A stretch of 38,734 nt of DNA, taken from positions 1 to 38,734 of the IMG/VR virus record IMGVR_UViG_3300032295_000827. The stretch is one strand, 5' to 3'. The stretch is from a virus. Its lineage: Duplodnaviria; Caudoviricetes. Shown here one piece after another: positions 9,369 to 18,287 of the stretch (positions are counted from its first letter, which is position 1; each line of letters opens with the position of its first letter). The notes under the pieces were generated by a model that searched no databases, had not been told where the DNA came from, and saw only the letters and a program-made list of their open reading frames with translations. A program made the position numbers and the translations under genes.

Positions 9369-9662
9369 ATGTGCTTCCAGGCCCCTTCCCCACCGCCCAT
9401 GCCGGAGATGCCTCCGTATCCGGAGATGCCCGCAGCGCCCCCACCGCCTCCTACTCCGGTTACGGGCCCTATGGCAGGTGGTTCAACCGCCCCCACTACG
9501 ATCCGTCCCTCCAAGAGCCAGCGTGCTTCCAGCCAGAGTGCTGCCGCTCGTGGCCCAGGTCGGCTTCGTATTCCCACCGCTTCGGCTTCCACTGCTGGTG
9601 CCGCAGCAAGTTCTGCTCCGGAGACTTCCGGTGGCAGCATCAACCTCAACATTGGTAAGTAA
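9369..9662 (+). CDS. Pro/Ser-rich small virion protein (T7 gp6.7/7.3-like)
   Basis: Starts MCF like T7 gp6.7, lies directly before the portal, is low-complexity and ends in INLNIGK. Confidence 0.7.
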   Translation: MCFQAPSPPPMPEMPPYPEMPAAPPPPPTPVTGPMAGGSTAPTTIRPSKSQRASSQSAAARGPGRLRIPTASASTAGAAASSAPETSGGSINLNIGK

Positions 9663-9664
9663 CA

Positions 9665-11320
9665 ATGGAATCCTCGTCTGCCGCTTCCCGATACGCAAAA
9701 CTGGCAAGTGACCGGACGATCTTCCTCGATACCGCCAGGGACTGTGCAGCTCTAAGTCTTCCATATCTCCTCACCCCAACGGGTCTGGTGAATGGGCAGA
9801 AGCTTCCTACCCCCTGGCAATCTATCGGAGCCAAAGGCGTTAACGTCATGGCCTCGAAGCTGATGCTTAGCCTGTTTCCAGTAACAGCTACGTTCTTCAA
9901 GCTTCAGATCAACGACGGAAAGCTGGCCTCGAATCCAGATCTTGATGCTACAATCAAATCAGAGATTGATTTGAGCCTCTCCAAAATGGAGCGGGTAGTC
10001 ATGCAAAACATTGCCGAATCACAGGACCGTGTTGTCCTCCATCAGGCAATGAAGCATCTGATTGTAACCGGGAATGTCCTGGTATACATGGGTTCGAAGG
10101 GTGTGAAGTTGTATCCTCTTGACCGTTTTGTGGTCGTCCGTGATGGAGAGGGTCAACCCACAGAGATCCTTACGGTTGAATCTATTGATCGACAGTTCCT
10201 TCCAGAACAATTCCAACACGAAGAGAAAGTAGTCAATCATACTGGTGACAATGCCTCTACTCCTAGCATCGACGTAAATGTTGGCGAAGGCGAGGCTGCT
10301 GTTTATACTTGGGCTAAGCTCAAGGATGGGCAGTGGCGCTGGCGGCAAGAAGTAGATGGAGAGGTGGTGCCTGAATCCGAAGGCAAGGCCCCCAAATCAA
10401 CTAGCCCCTGGCTTCCCCTGCGGTTCAACGTAGTGGATGGTGAGGATTATGGTCGTGGTAGGATTGAAGAGTACCTCGGAGATCTTAAGTCCCTCGAAGG
10501 TCTGATGCAGGCCATGGTTGAGGGTTCTGCTGCTGCTGCCAAGGTTGTCTTTCTGGTATCTCCTTCTGCTACCGTTAAGCCTTCAACGCTGGCAAAGGCT
10601 GGCAACGGTGCTATCATTCAAGGTAGGGCCGAAGATGTTACGGCTGTTCAGGTTCAAAAGCAGGCCGACTTCGCGTCTGCCTACCAGATGATCACCCAGT
10701 TGGTACAACGACTGAGTGAAGCATTCCTTATTCTTACTGTGAGGCAGAGTGAACGCACTACTGCTGAAGAAATTCGCGCCACCCAGCAGGAACTCAACGA
10801 ACAGCTTGGGGGAATCTATGGGAATCTGACAGCCGAACTACTTCGTCCCTACCTCCAACGTAAGCTATTCACTCTTCAACGTTCGGGTGATCTGCCTAAG
10901 CTGCCCAAGGGGGTTGTCTATCCAACCGTCATTGCGGGCATCGAAGGCATTGGCCGTGGTCAAGATCGTGAAAGTCTCATGATGTTCTTGAGCACAATCA
11001 GCCAATCCATGGGTCCAGAAATGATGATGACGTTTATCAACCCAGAGGAAGCAATCAAGCGATTGGCTGCTGCTCAAGGCATTGATACGCTGAAACTGGT
11101 GAAGACCCAAGAAGAACGCAACGTTGAGAAATCACAGATGGCCGCCCAGAGTGCTCAAGCATCTCTCATTGGCCAAGCAGGTAATCTTGCCAAGGCTCCA
11201 CTTCTGGATCCTTCCAAGAATCCTCAAGCAATTGAATCCCTAAGTAATGTCGCTTCCAACTTCTCGCAACTCGGCCAAGGGCAAACCCCCGGAGGATCTC
11301 CAGCAGGAGTCAGTCAGTGA
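9665..11320 (+). CDS. Portal / head-to-tail connector (T7 gp8-like)
   Basis: WQSIGAKGVN.MASKL, GEDYGRG and ERTTAEEIR motifs. Confidence 0.97.
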   Translation: MESSSAASRYAKLASDRTIFLDTARDCAALSLPYLLTPTGLVNGQKLPTPWQSIGAKGVNVMASKLMLSLFPVTATFFKLQINDGKLASNPDLDATIKSEIDLSLSKMERVVMQNIAESQDRVVLHQAMKHLIVTGNVLVYMGSKGVKLYPLDRFVVVRDGEGQPTEILTVESIDRQFLPEQFQHEEKVVNHTGDNASTPSIDVNVGEGEAAVYTWAKLKDGQWRWRQEVDGEVVPESEGKAPKSTSPWLPLRFNVVDGEDYGRGRIEEYLGDLKSLEGLMQAMVEGSAAAAKVVFLVSPSATVKPSTLAKAGNGAIIQGRAEDVTAVQVQKQADFASAYQMITQLVQRLSEAFLILTVRQSERTTAEEIRATQQELNEQLGGIYGNLTAELLRPYLQRKLFTLQRSGDLPKLPKGVVYPTVIAGIEGIGRGQDRESLMMFLSTISQSMGPEMMMTFINPEEAIKRLAAAQGIDTLKLVKTQEERNVEKSQMAAQSAQASLIGQAGNLAKAPLLDPSKNPQAIESLSNVASNFSQLGQGQTPGGSPAGVSQ

Positions 11321-11468
11321 GGAATCTTCTTCCACTGAATTGACCCCGCGTCATAAGACTGCTGGAGCATCTTCTGTCAGTGCTGATACTGTCAGTTCCA
11401 ATCTGATTGGTTCTCGACCCCGCATTATCGTTCCTGGCCTCGGCAAAGTTACCCTCGTCATCCACTAA
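11247..11468 (+). CDS. Hypothetical protein (73 aa) between portal and scaffold
   Basis: The only ORF spanning the gap; it ends 5 nt before the scaffold ATG. The start lies inside the portal 3' end. Confidence 0.5.
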   Translation: MSLPTSRNSAKGKPPEDLQQESVSEESSSTELTPRHKTAGASSVSADTVSSNLIGSRPRIIVPGLGKVTLVIH

Positions 11469-11473
11469 TCATT

Positions 11474-12319
11474 ATGCCTGAACTCACATTTGATGCAACC
11501 GATCCGGCTGAAACTGCTGCTCGTGAAGTAGAGGAGGCCCGCCTCCTTGAACTTGGCAGCCGCCTTCAGGACGAAGAGGAAGCAATTCAAAGCGAGACTT
11601 ACGACAAAGCCCGTAAGGATTCGGAGGCAGAGCTTAACTACGCTGGCAAATTCAAGTCAGCAGAAGATCTGGAAAAGGCTTATCTGGAACTTCAGAAAAA
11701 GTTGGGCCAGAAAGACGACACCACTGAAGGCGAATCCGACAATGAGGATGAAGCTGAATCTACGGAAGAGGCTCCTCAGGATGTGCTGGCTGTAGAAAAA
11801 GATGTCCTTCTCAAGGCATCCGAAGAATACTACAGCAACGACAATCAGATCAAGCCTGAGACGCTTCAGAAGCTCAAGGAGCTGCCCTCCGAAAAACTTA
11901 TCGAGGCATACCTGGAACTTCAAAAGAATGCTCCTCTTGCCGCTGGTAAGCCCCTCTCAGACGCAGAGGCAGCTGACATTGTTAAGTCAGTTGGTGGGGA
12001 AAACTCCTACAAAGAAACCCTTTCATGGGCTGCGGAGAACCTGACTCCTGCTGAGGTGGCTGCGTATGATAACGTAGTCAACACTGGCAACAAGGATGCC
12101 ATCTTCTTTGCTGTTCAGGCTCTCAACCAGCGGTACAAGGATGCTGTTGGGTTTGAAGGCAAGACGGTTTCAGGTAAGTCCGTTAAACAACAATCCGTCC
12201 AGGGCTTCCGATCTCAAGCAGAGTTGGCCCGCGCCATCTCTGATCCACGCTATCGGAATGATCCAGCTTATCGGATTGACATTGAGAACAAACTGGCTGC
12301 AAGCGGCGATCTGATCTAA
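11474..12319 (+). CDS. Capsid assembly scaffolding protein (T7 gp9-like)
   Basis: Acidic, with AGKFKSAEDLEKAYLELQKKLG, VGGE..Y...LSWA and DPRYRNDPAYR. Confidence 0.95.
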   Translation: MPELTFDATDPAETAAREVEEARLLELGSRLQDEEEAIQSETYDKARKDSEAELNYAGKFKSAEDLEKAYLELQKKLGQKDDTTEGESDNEDEAESTEEAPQDVLAVEKDVLLKASEEYYSNDNQIKPETLQKLKELPSEKLIEAYLELQKNAPLAAGKPLSDAEAADIVKSVGGENSYKETLSWAAENLTPAEVAAYDNVVNTGNKDAIFFAVQALNQRYKDAVGFEGKTVSGKSVKQQSVQGFRSQAELARAISDPRYRNDPAYRIDIENKLAASGDLI

Positions 12320-12327
12320 CAGATTGT

Positions 12328-12438
12328 GGGGACTGCAATGTCCCCCTGCCTATTGAGGATGGGATAACCTCGTAAAAAACCCAGTTCGAACTGGAGTATT
12401 GGCCCGATGCGTCGGATAACCAATACAACGGACGTATT
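12328..12438 (+). promoter_or_regulatory. Structured non-coding leader upstream of the capsid cistron (four hairpins, two GGATAACC units)
   Basis: Stems ggggac/gtcccc, cctat/atggg, ccagt/actgg, and gtattgg-ccga/tcgg-ccaatac. Confidence 0.6.
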
Positions 12439-12460
12439 ACCCAAAAACCGAATACATTCA

Positions 12461-12799
12461 ATGCGCGCAAACTCTATTGAATGGGCTGCTGGGCTTTTCG
12501 AAGGTGAAGGCTCCATAGTTTTCTGCAATACTAGCGGATACACTTTTCCACGTCTTAGTTTGAAGATGTGCGATAAAGATGTAGTCCAAAAATTTGGGGA
12601 AGTTGTAGGTATTCAAAGAATGAATGGACCCTACATAACAACTCAGATGAAAAGCAATAAACATTGGAGGCCAGCTTATGAATGGCACACAGCCAAAAAG
12701 GCGGAAGTAGTAAGGATCCTAAATCTATTTCTGCCGTATCTAGGTGATAGACGAGCTTACAAAGCTTTGAATGCCCTAGATTTAATTGACGGCATTTAA
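12461..12799 (+). mobile_element. Free-standing single-motif LAGLIDADG homing endonuclease gene
   Basis: N-terminal WAAGLFEGEGSI motif, LSLKMCDKDVV and LFLPYL. It is AT-richer than its neighbours and interrupts the scaffold-capsid adjacency. Confidence 0.88.
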
Positions 12800-12811
12800 C
12801 TTTTTAGAACA

Positions 12812-13813
12812 ATGACTGCAACGATTACGCAACTTGGCCAGGTTAACAAGGCTGGCGACAAGAAGGCTCTCTTTCTGAAGCTCTTTACGGGCGAAGTTTA
12901 CGAAGCTTTCCGCAACAACACGATCGCAAAAGGCCTGGTGATGAACCGGACCCTGCGTGGTGGCAAGGAAGCCCAGTTCATCCACACCGGTCGTATCCAG
13001 GCTGGCTACTACACCCCTGGCACCGCGATCCTTGGTAGCGGCAACCCTCCGGCTGCTGAGACCACCATCGCAATGGACGACCTGCTGGTTGCCTCTGCGT
13101 TCGTTGATAACCTCGACGAGACCCTGGCCCAGTATGACATCCGTGGCCCCATCGCCCGTCAGATCGGTCAGAGCCTGGCTGAATTCTATGATCGCCGTAT
13201 CTTCCGCGTTCTGGATCGTGCCTCTGGCCTGACTGCTGCTGTGAGCGGCGAGCCAGGTGGCTTCCGTATCAACCTCGGTGCCAACAAGGAGTATGATGCT
13301 CAGGCCCTCGTGGATGGTTTCTTCGAAGCCGCCGCTCGCCTAGATGAAATCGCTGCTCCTAAGGATGGTCGTGTTGCCGTGCTGGCCCCTCGCCAGTACT
13401 ACGCACTGATCAGCCAGGTGGACACCAACATCCTCAACCGTGAGTATGGTGCCTCTGGTGGCAGCCTGAACAGCGGCGAAGGTCTCTACGAGATCGCTGG
13501 CATCAAGATCTACAAGTCGAACAACATCCCCTTCCTGGGCAAGTATGGTTCGGCTGCTGGTACCGCTATCGATGCTGCCGCCGTTACCGGCGAGAACAAC
13601 AACTACGGTATCGCTACCGACTTCACCAACGCCTGCGGCCTGATCTTCCATCGGGATGCTGCTGGTGTGGTGGAGGCCATTGGCCCCTCCGTGCAGACCA
13701 CCGGTGCTGACACCAAGGTGATCTATCAGGGCGATGTGATCGTGGGCCGCCTGGCCTATGGTGCTGGTCCTGTGCGCGTCTCCTGTGCTGGTGCCTTCCG
13801 CAACGTGGCCTGA
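12812..13813 (+). CDS. Major capsid protein (T7 gp10-like)
   Basis: ALFLKLFTGEV, RTLRGGKEAQFIHTGR and YDIRGPIARQIGQSLA, with strongly biased codon usage. Confidence 0.97.
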   Translation: MTATITQLGQVNKAGDKKALFLKLFTGEVYEAFRNNTIAKGLVMNRTLRGGKEAQFIHTGRIQAGYYTPGTAILGSGNPPAAETTIAMDDLLVASAFVDNLDETLAQYDIRGPIARQIGQSLAEFYDRRIFRVLDRASGLTAAVSGEPGGFRINLGANKEYDAQALVDGFFEAAARLDEIAAPKDGRVAVLAPRQYYALISQVDTNILNREYGASGGSLNSGEGLYEIAGIKIYKSNNIPFLGKYGSAAGTAIDAAAVTGENNNYGIATDFTNACGLIFHRDAAGVVEAIGPSVQTTGADTKVIYQGDVIVGRLAYGAGPVRVSCAGAFRNVA

Positions 13814-13837
13814 TCCTAGCCAAAACTAGGTTTAATA

Positions 13838-13874
13838 AGGGGTTAGCCTATTAAAGGTTAGCCCCTCTTTTTTT
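13838..13874 (+). terminator. Intrinsic terminator after the capsid gene (T-phi equivalent)
   Basis: 12-bp stem aggggttagcct/aggttagcccct (two G-U pairs), attaa loop, followed by C and T7. Confidence 0.9.
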
Positions 13875-13892
13875 AATGTCCTGTCCGATAAC

Positions 13893-14492
13893 ATGACGAC
13901 TCAACTCCAAGCAATTAACCAAATGCTGAATGGCATCGGGCAGGCACCAGTGGTCAGCCTTGATGTGGCTAACCCTGAACTAGCTCTTGCGCTGGCTATT
14001 CTTGACGCTGTAAGCCGAGAAGTTCAAGGCGAGGGCTGGCACTTTAACACCGAAATTAACTATCCGTTCACTGCGGACACAAACGGGGAAATCGCAATCC
14101 CTCAAGATGTACTGTCCTTGACGGATAACAAGACAGCTAACTCTCAGAAATACCAGACGGTATTGCGGGGTGGGAAGCTTTATGATAAGCTGGCCCATAC
14201 CTATGAGTTTGTTCCTGGAGAGACCATCAACTGCGATGTGGTTTGGCTCTTTGACTTTGAAGACCTTCCTCAACCATTCAAGGACTACATCACGCAACGA
14301 GCCACCAGAGTATTCGCTGGACGAGCACTTGGTTCTCAGGAGATGGTGACCTTCAATGCACAGGATGAGACCATCCTCAGATCCAACTGTCTGGCCTACG
14401 ATACCAGCACCTCCGAAGTTAATATCTTTGGTCTGGAAAGTGGTCAGAATTTCTACGTCTCATACACTCCGTTCCGTACTATTGCACGCTAA
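13893..14492 (+). CDS. Tail tubular protein A / adaptor (T7 gp11-like)
   Basis: LQAINQML..IGQAPV, VQGEGWHFN and FEDLPQPFKDYI. Confidence 0.95.
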   Translation: MTTQLQAINQMLNGIGQAPVVSLDVANPELALALAILDAVSREVQGEGWHFNTEINYPFTADTNGEIAIPQDVLSLTDNKTANSQKYQTVLRGGKLYDKLAHTYEFVPGETINCDVVWLFDFEDLPQPFKDYITQRATRVFAGRALGSQEMVTFNAQDETILRSNCLAYDTSTSEVNIFGLESGQNFYVSYTPFRTIAR

Positions 14493-17182
14493 TGGCTGCC
14501 GTTTCTCAGAAAATACCAAACTTGATTGGTGGGGTATCGCAGCAGCCTGATGCTTTCAAGGCAGCAAATCAGCTGCGAAAATGCACAAACTACTATCCAG
14601 ATCCTACCTTTGGTCTGGCTAAGCGTCCGGGTCTTCGGGGCATTCGTAAGCTTGATAATGCTGTCTCTGATGGCACTTGGTTTCCTATCTTCCGAGACGA
14701 CGAAGAGAAGTACCTCATTGAGTTTACCAAGCAAGGTGTTCTGAGAATCTGGGACGCAAACAGTGGCATTCAACAGACAGTAAATACTCCAGCAGGATCG
14801 GCCACCACATACGCAACACATACCGATTCTTCAGATCTGGCCATCCTCCAGATCAACGACTACAACTTTGTATTAAACAGAACGGTTGTCGTGTTGGAGG
14901 ATGCGGCAGATGTGAGCGCAGCAGTTACCCCCTATGGGTTTGTGGTGCTCAACAGTGTGGCATACGACACGAGCTACGAAGTTAAGATTGCTGGTACATC
15001 GTTTACCTACAATACCCCCACAACTTCTGGTTCTTCTCTTAGTGCCTCAACGATCATCAACGCTCTGGTCGCTGCCATCAATGCTAACCCATTGTTTGTG
15101 GCAACCGGAGTGGGCAACAGCATCCATGTTCGTAGGGCCAACAACGCTGACTTCTCTCTGGAAGCAAAGGGTGGCACAGCAGGCAATGCCATTCAGGCAT
15201 ACAAAGGAACTGTCAGTGTTGTTGGTGAGTTGCCAAGGCAATTCCTTAATGGATCAATTATCAAGGTTCTCGCCTCAGAGAATTCAACTGGCGATGATTA
15301 CTATGTGAAGTTCATCACCAGCGATGGAAGCTCAAGCGGCACAGGTGTCTGGGAGGAAACAATTGGTCCTGGGGTGGTGAAGTCTTTTGATGAAGCCACC
15401 ATGCCCCATGTAATCATTCGTGAGGCAAACGGCACATTCACCTTCCGTAAACTTGACGAGGCATCAGCACTTGCCACCCCACCTACTGCAACAGTAACGG
15501 GTGTTCCTTCTGCTGTTAGCATCCTCACTTCTGGGAACGGCAGGTATGCTGTTGGACAGAGCTTTCCAGTTTATGGTGGGACTGGTATCAACCTCCGTCT
15601 TAAAGTAACTTCGACATCCACTACCGGTGCCATCACTGGCATTAAGATCAGCCGGTCAGGTAGAGCATACACTGCCCTGGATGTTGTTACCAGTGCTGAG
15701 GGTGATACATTCCGGGTAGATACCGTCACTTCGGTAACTCAATCCGTAGATGGCATTGCATCCCAGTTCTGGCAGCCACGAGTTGTTGGAGACGCAGAAA
15801 CCAACCTCATGCCCACATTTGTTGGGACAAACATTCATGGCATTTCATTTTTCAAGAATCGACTGATCTTGATGTCCAATGAAAATGTCATCTGCTCACG
15901 GGCTGGGGACTACTTCAACTTCTTTGCAAGCACGGTCATCACCATCGTTGATAGCGATCCGATTGATCTCAGTTGCGGTTCGTTGAAGCCAATTGAATTG
16001 CGTCATGCGGTTCAAATTCCTCGGGGATTGGCCCTGTTTGCCGACAATGCTCAATACATCCTGGAGACCTCAACAGAGGCATTCTCTGCTGCTACGGCTG
16101 AGATTAACTTGGTTAGTAGCTTCAGCCAGTCGCCCCGCATTTCGCCTATCGACACTGGTTCTAGTATTGTTTTCGTAGAACAAAATGATACATCCACCGG
16201 TGCGTTTGAAATGGTGATTGGTGGCCCAGGTGAGAAGCCTGCGGTTACCGAACTTACACGAGGCATTCCATCCTACATTCCCTCGGACATTCGTGATCTG
16301 AGGGTTACCAGTTCTGCCAATACGTTCACCGCACTAAGCAATCGTGAACCCAAGTCCCTGTATCTCTTCCGCTTCTTTGAGGATGGAACCAAGCGACTGA
16401 TGGCGTCCTGGTTCAAGTGGGAAATGGCAGGCACCATCGCAATGGTGGAGTTTGAACATGATACAATGTTTGTGGTTACACAGCAGGGTAGTAATCATGT
16501 ACTCAGCAAGCTCAATCTATTGACGGATACTCCTGGTGGTGCGGTACTCTTTGAGGACAAGTACATCGATCTGCGCCTTGATCTTTTCGATTACAATCCC
16601 ACCAAGGTTTACTTTGCTGGAACAGACGAGACCCACATCTGCTTTAAGGATGGATTCAATGATTCCACCCTTCAGCCTGTTCTGGTATCCTTGGATCCGC
16701 TGGAGCCTGGTGTTGTTCTTGAGCTTCCTCTGGAGACAGATCTGGCACAGCCTGTTGGTCAACGGTACTTTGTGACGGTTGAGGAGAATCAAACAACCAA
16801 GAAATTCGCTCTTGGGTACAAGTATGAAGCCTCCGCTATTCTGCCTGCCTTCTACTTCTTGGTGAGTGAGGGGCGAAAGGATACACTCAACATCCCCACA
16901 ATCAATCGACTATCAATCGATAGCTATGATTCTGGTCCGTACATCGTTAAGGTGCGGGCAGATGGTAGAGCAGAATTCTCCATCAATCTTCCCCAAATTG
17001 TTGGTAACCTTTACCTGGCCAACGCCATTCCAGTTCTAAGGAATGCACGGAATACCGTTCCTATTCTTGCCAAAGGCGATCAGGTAGAGGTAGAGTTGGT
17101 GGCGGATAGCCCCTTCCCCACGGCCCTCACGTCGATCACCTGGGAAGGCACCTACAACAACAAAGGAATCTCCCTTAAGTAG
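14492..17182 (+). CDS. Tail tubular protein B / nozzle (T7 gp12-like) with an inserted domain
   Basis: IPNLIGGVSQQPD, GLAKRPG, TMPH, FFKNRL, DSDPID and C-terminal WEGTY. Confidence 0.95.
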   Translation: MAAVSQKIPNLIGGVSQQPDAFKAANQLRKCTNYYPDPTFGLAKRPGLRGIRKLDNAVSDGTWFPIFRDDEEKYLIEFTKQGVLRIWDANSGIQQTVNTPAGSATTYATHTDSSDLAILQINDYNFVLNRTVVVLEDAADVSAAVTPYGFVVLNSVAYDTSYEVKIAGTSFTYNTPTTSGSSLSASTIINALVAAINANPLFVATGVGNSIHVRRANNADFSLEAKGGTAGNAIQAYKGTVSVVGELPRQFLNGSIIKVLASENSTGDDYYVKFITSDGSSSGTGVWEETIGPGVVKSFDEATMPHVIIREANGTFTFRKLDEASALATPPTATVTGVPSAVSILTSGNGRYAVGQSFPVYGGTGINLRLKVTSTSTTGAITGIKISRSGRAYTALDVVTSAEGDTFRVDTVTSVTQSVDGIASQFWQPRVVGDAETNLMPTFVGTNIHGISFFKNRLILMSNENVICSRAGDYFNFFASTVITIVDSDPIDLSCGSLKPIELRHAVQIPRGLALFADNAQYILETSTEAFSAATAEINLVSSFSQSPRISPIDTGSSIVFVEQNDTSTGAFEMVIGGPGEKPAVTELTRGIPSYIPSDIRDLRVTSSANTFTALSNREPKSLYLFRFFEDGTKRLMASWFKWEMAGTIAMVEFEHDTMFVVTQQGSNHVLSKLNLLTDTPGGAVLFEDKYIDLRLDLFDYNPTKVYFAGTDETHICFKDGFNDSTLQPVLVSLDPLEPGVVLELPLETDLAQPVGQRYFVTVEENQTTKKFALGYKYEASAILPAFYFLVSEGRKDTLNIPTINRLSIDSYDSGPYIVKVRADGRAEFSINLPQIVGNLYLANAIPVLRNARNTVPILAKGDQVEVELVADSPFPTALTSITWEGTYNNKGISLK

Positions 17183-17184
17183 TA

Positions 17185-17655
17185 ATGGGCGTTCTCACCA
17201 AACTCATTGATAAAGCGCGGCCATTCGACGTTGAATGGGTGGCCGCCCATCTTCAGCCAGCAGATCGCAGAGAACTAGAGGGCCTTGGCATTACTGATAT
17301 GCGAATGGCCCTCCTTCATGCTCTTGATGTCGAAGAGGATCCAATTTGTTTTTGGAATCCAGCTGGCATGATATGTGGGATGGCTGGGGTATCCAGAACA
17401 GATGCCCATAGCGGAGCCATCTGGATGTTAACCACACCCTATGTCCGCCAGTACCCAAAACTCTTTTTTAAGGAGGCAAGAAAATGGGTCGATCAACAAA
17501 CCTCCTACCTGATGCTTCACAACATTGCTGATCCACGAAATGAGATGCACATGAAACTGCTTCACATGCTTGGATTCAAGCGGTTGGCATATCGAAGTGT
17601 TGGTCCCAACAATCTAACCTATGTAGAATTTGCTAAGTTAATGCCATGTGCGTAG
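17185..17655 (+). CDS. T7 gp13-like protein (GNAT-like, internal virion/assembly)
   Basis: Follows the nozzle gene; L...DRRE, GAIWML and LHN..D.RN..HMKLLHMLGFK. Confidence 0.85.
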   Translation: MGVLTKLIDKARPFDVEWVAAHLQPADRRELEGLGITDMRMALLHALDVEEDPICFWNPAGMICGMAGVSRTDAHSGAIWMLTTPYVRQYPKLFFKEARKWVDQQTSYLMLHNIADPRNEMHMKLLHMLGFKRLAYRSVGPNNLTYVEFAKLMPCA

Positions 17656-18287
17656 ATCCTGGAACACTAGCTGTTGTAACCGCGATTGGCTCCTTTGCTA
17701 GTGGAGCTATTGGCTCAATCGCTTCCTATCAGCAACAGCAGCAGCAAGCAGATTATGCGAATGCTGTTGCCCGACAACAATATCAGGCTCAGCTGACAGC
17801 CTACAACCAATCCGAAAGAAGCTATGAAGCGCAAATGCGTCTCAATGCTGAGGCCGCCAATCGGGCCTATACTTCGGAACAGAGCAAGCTTCAAGCTGAG
17901 TATGCCCAAGCAGCCCAGAAGGCCCAGGAACGCACCATTCAAAGTCTTCAGCAGCAGGGGCTTGTGATGGCCACCGGACGCTCTGGACAGTCAATCGGGC
18001 TACTGCTGGCGGATGCAGAAAGGACAGCCGATCGTGATATGGCAGTGCTGGGTCAGAACCTTGCGTATGCCAATCAGGATTACTGGATTGGTGCTGAAAG
18101 CATCTACAATCAGCAGGAGACTGCAAATAATATGGCGGCTTCTCAACGCACCATCAAGCCTTCCTCTCCAATTGCTATGCCGGGTCCTAGCGGTATTGGA
18201 TTGGTGGCGGGACTTGGATCTGCTGCTATTGGCGGGCTGAGCACCTATAAAGAGCTTGAACCCAAAAAAGCTACTAAAGAAGGCTAA
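17646..18287 (+). CDS. Internal virion (ejection) protein, T7 gp14-like
   Basis: MC start, hydrophobic Gly/Ala N- and C-terminal helices, Gln-rich coil, GRSGQS motif and synteny. Confidence 0.85.
   Translation: MCVDPGTLAVVTAIGSFASGAIGSIASYQQQQQQADYANAVARQQYQAQLTAYNQSERSYEAQMRLNAEAANRAYTSEQSKLQAEYAQAAQKAQERTIQSLQQQGLVMATGRSGQSIGLLLADAERTADRDMAVLGQNLAYANQDYWIGAESIYNQQETANNMAASQRTIKPSSPIAMPGPSGIGLVAGLGSAAIGGLSTYKELEPKKATKEG

Noticed and set aside
12320-12811. Group I intron around the LAGLIDADG ORF (aagatgtagtcc near 12576 resembles the S element; gactgca near 12331 could pair with it)
   Set aside because: No interrupted gene is present, since scaffold and capsid are both intact. There is no room for P4-P6, gactgc sits in a local hairpin, and the S-like string is explained by coding DKDVVQ.
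13790-13892. T7 10B-style capsid frameshift extension
   Set aside because: There is no slippery site or long alternative frame; a terminator and the gp11 start follow immediately.
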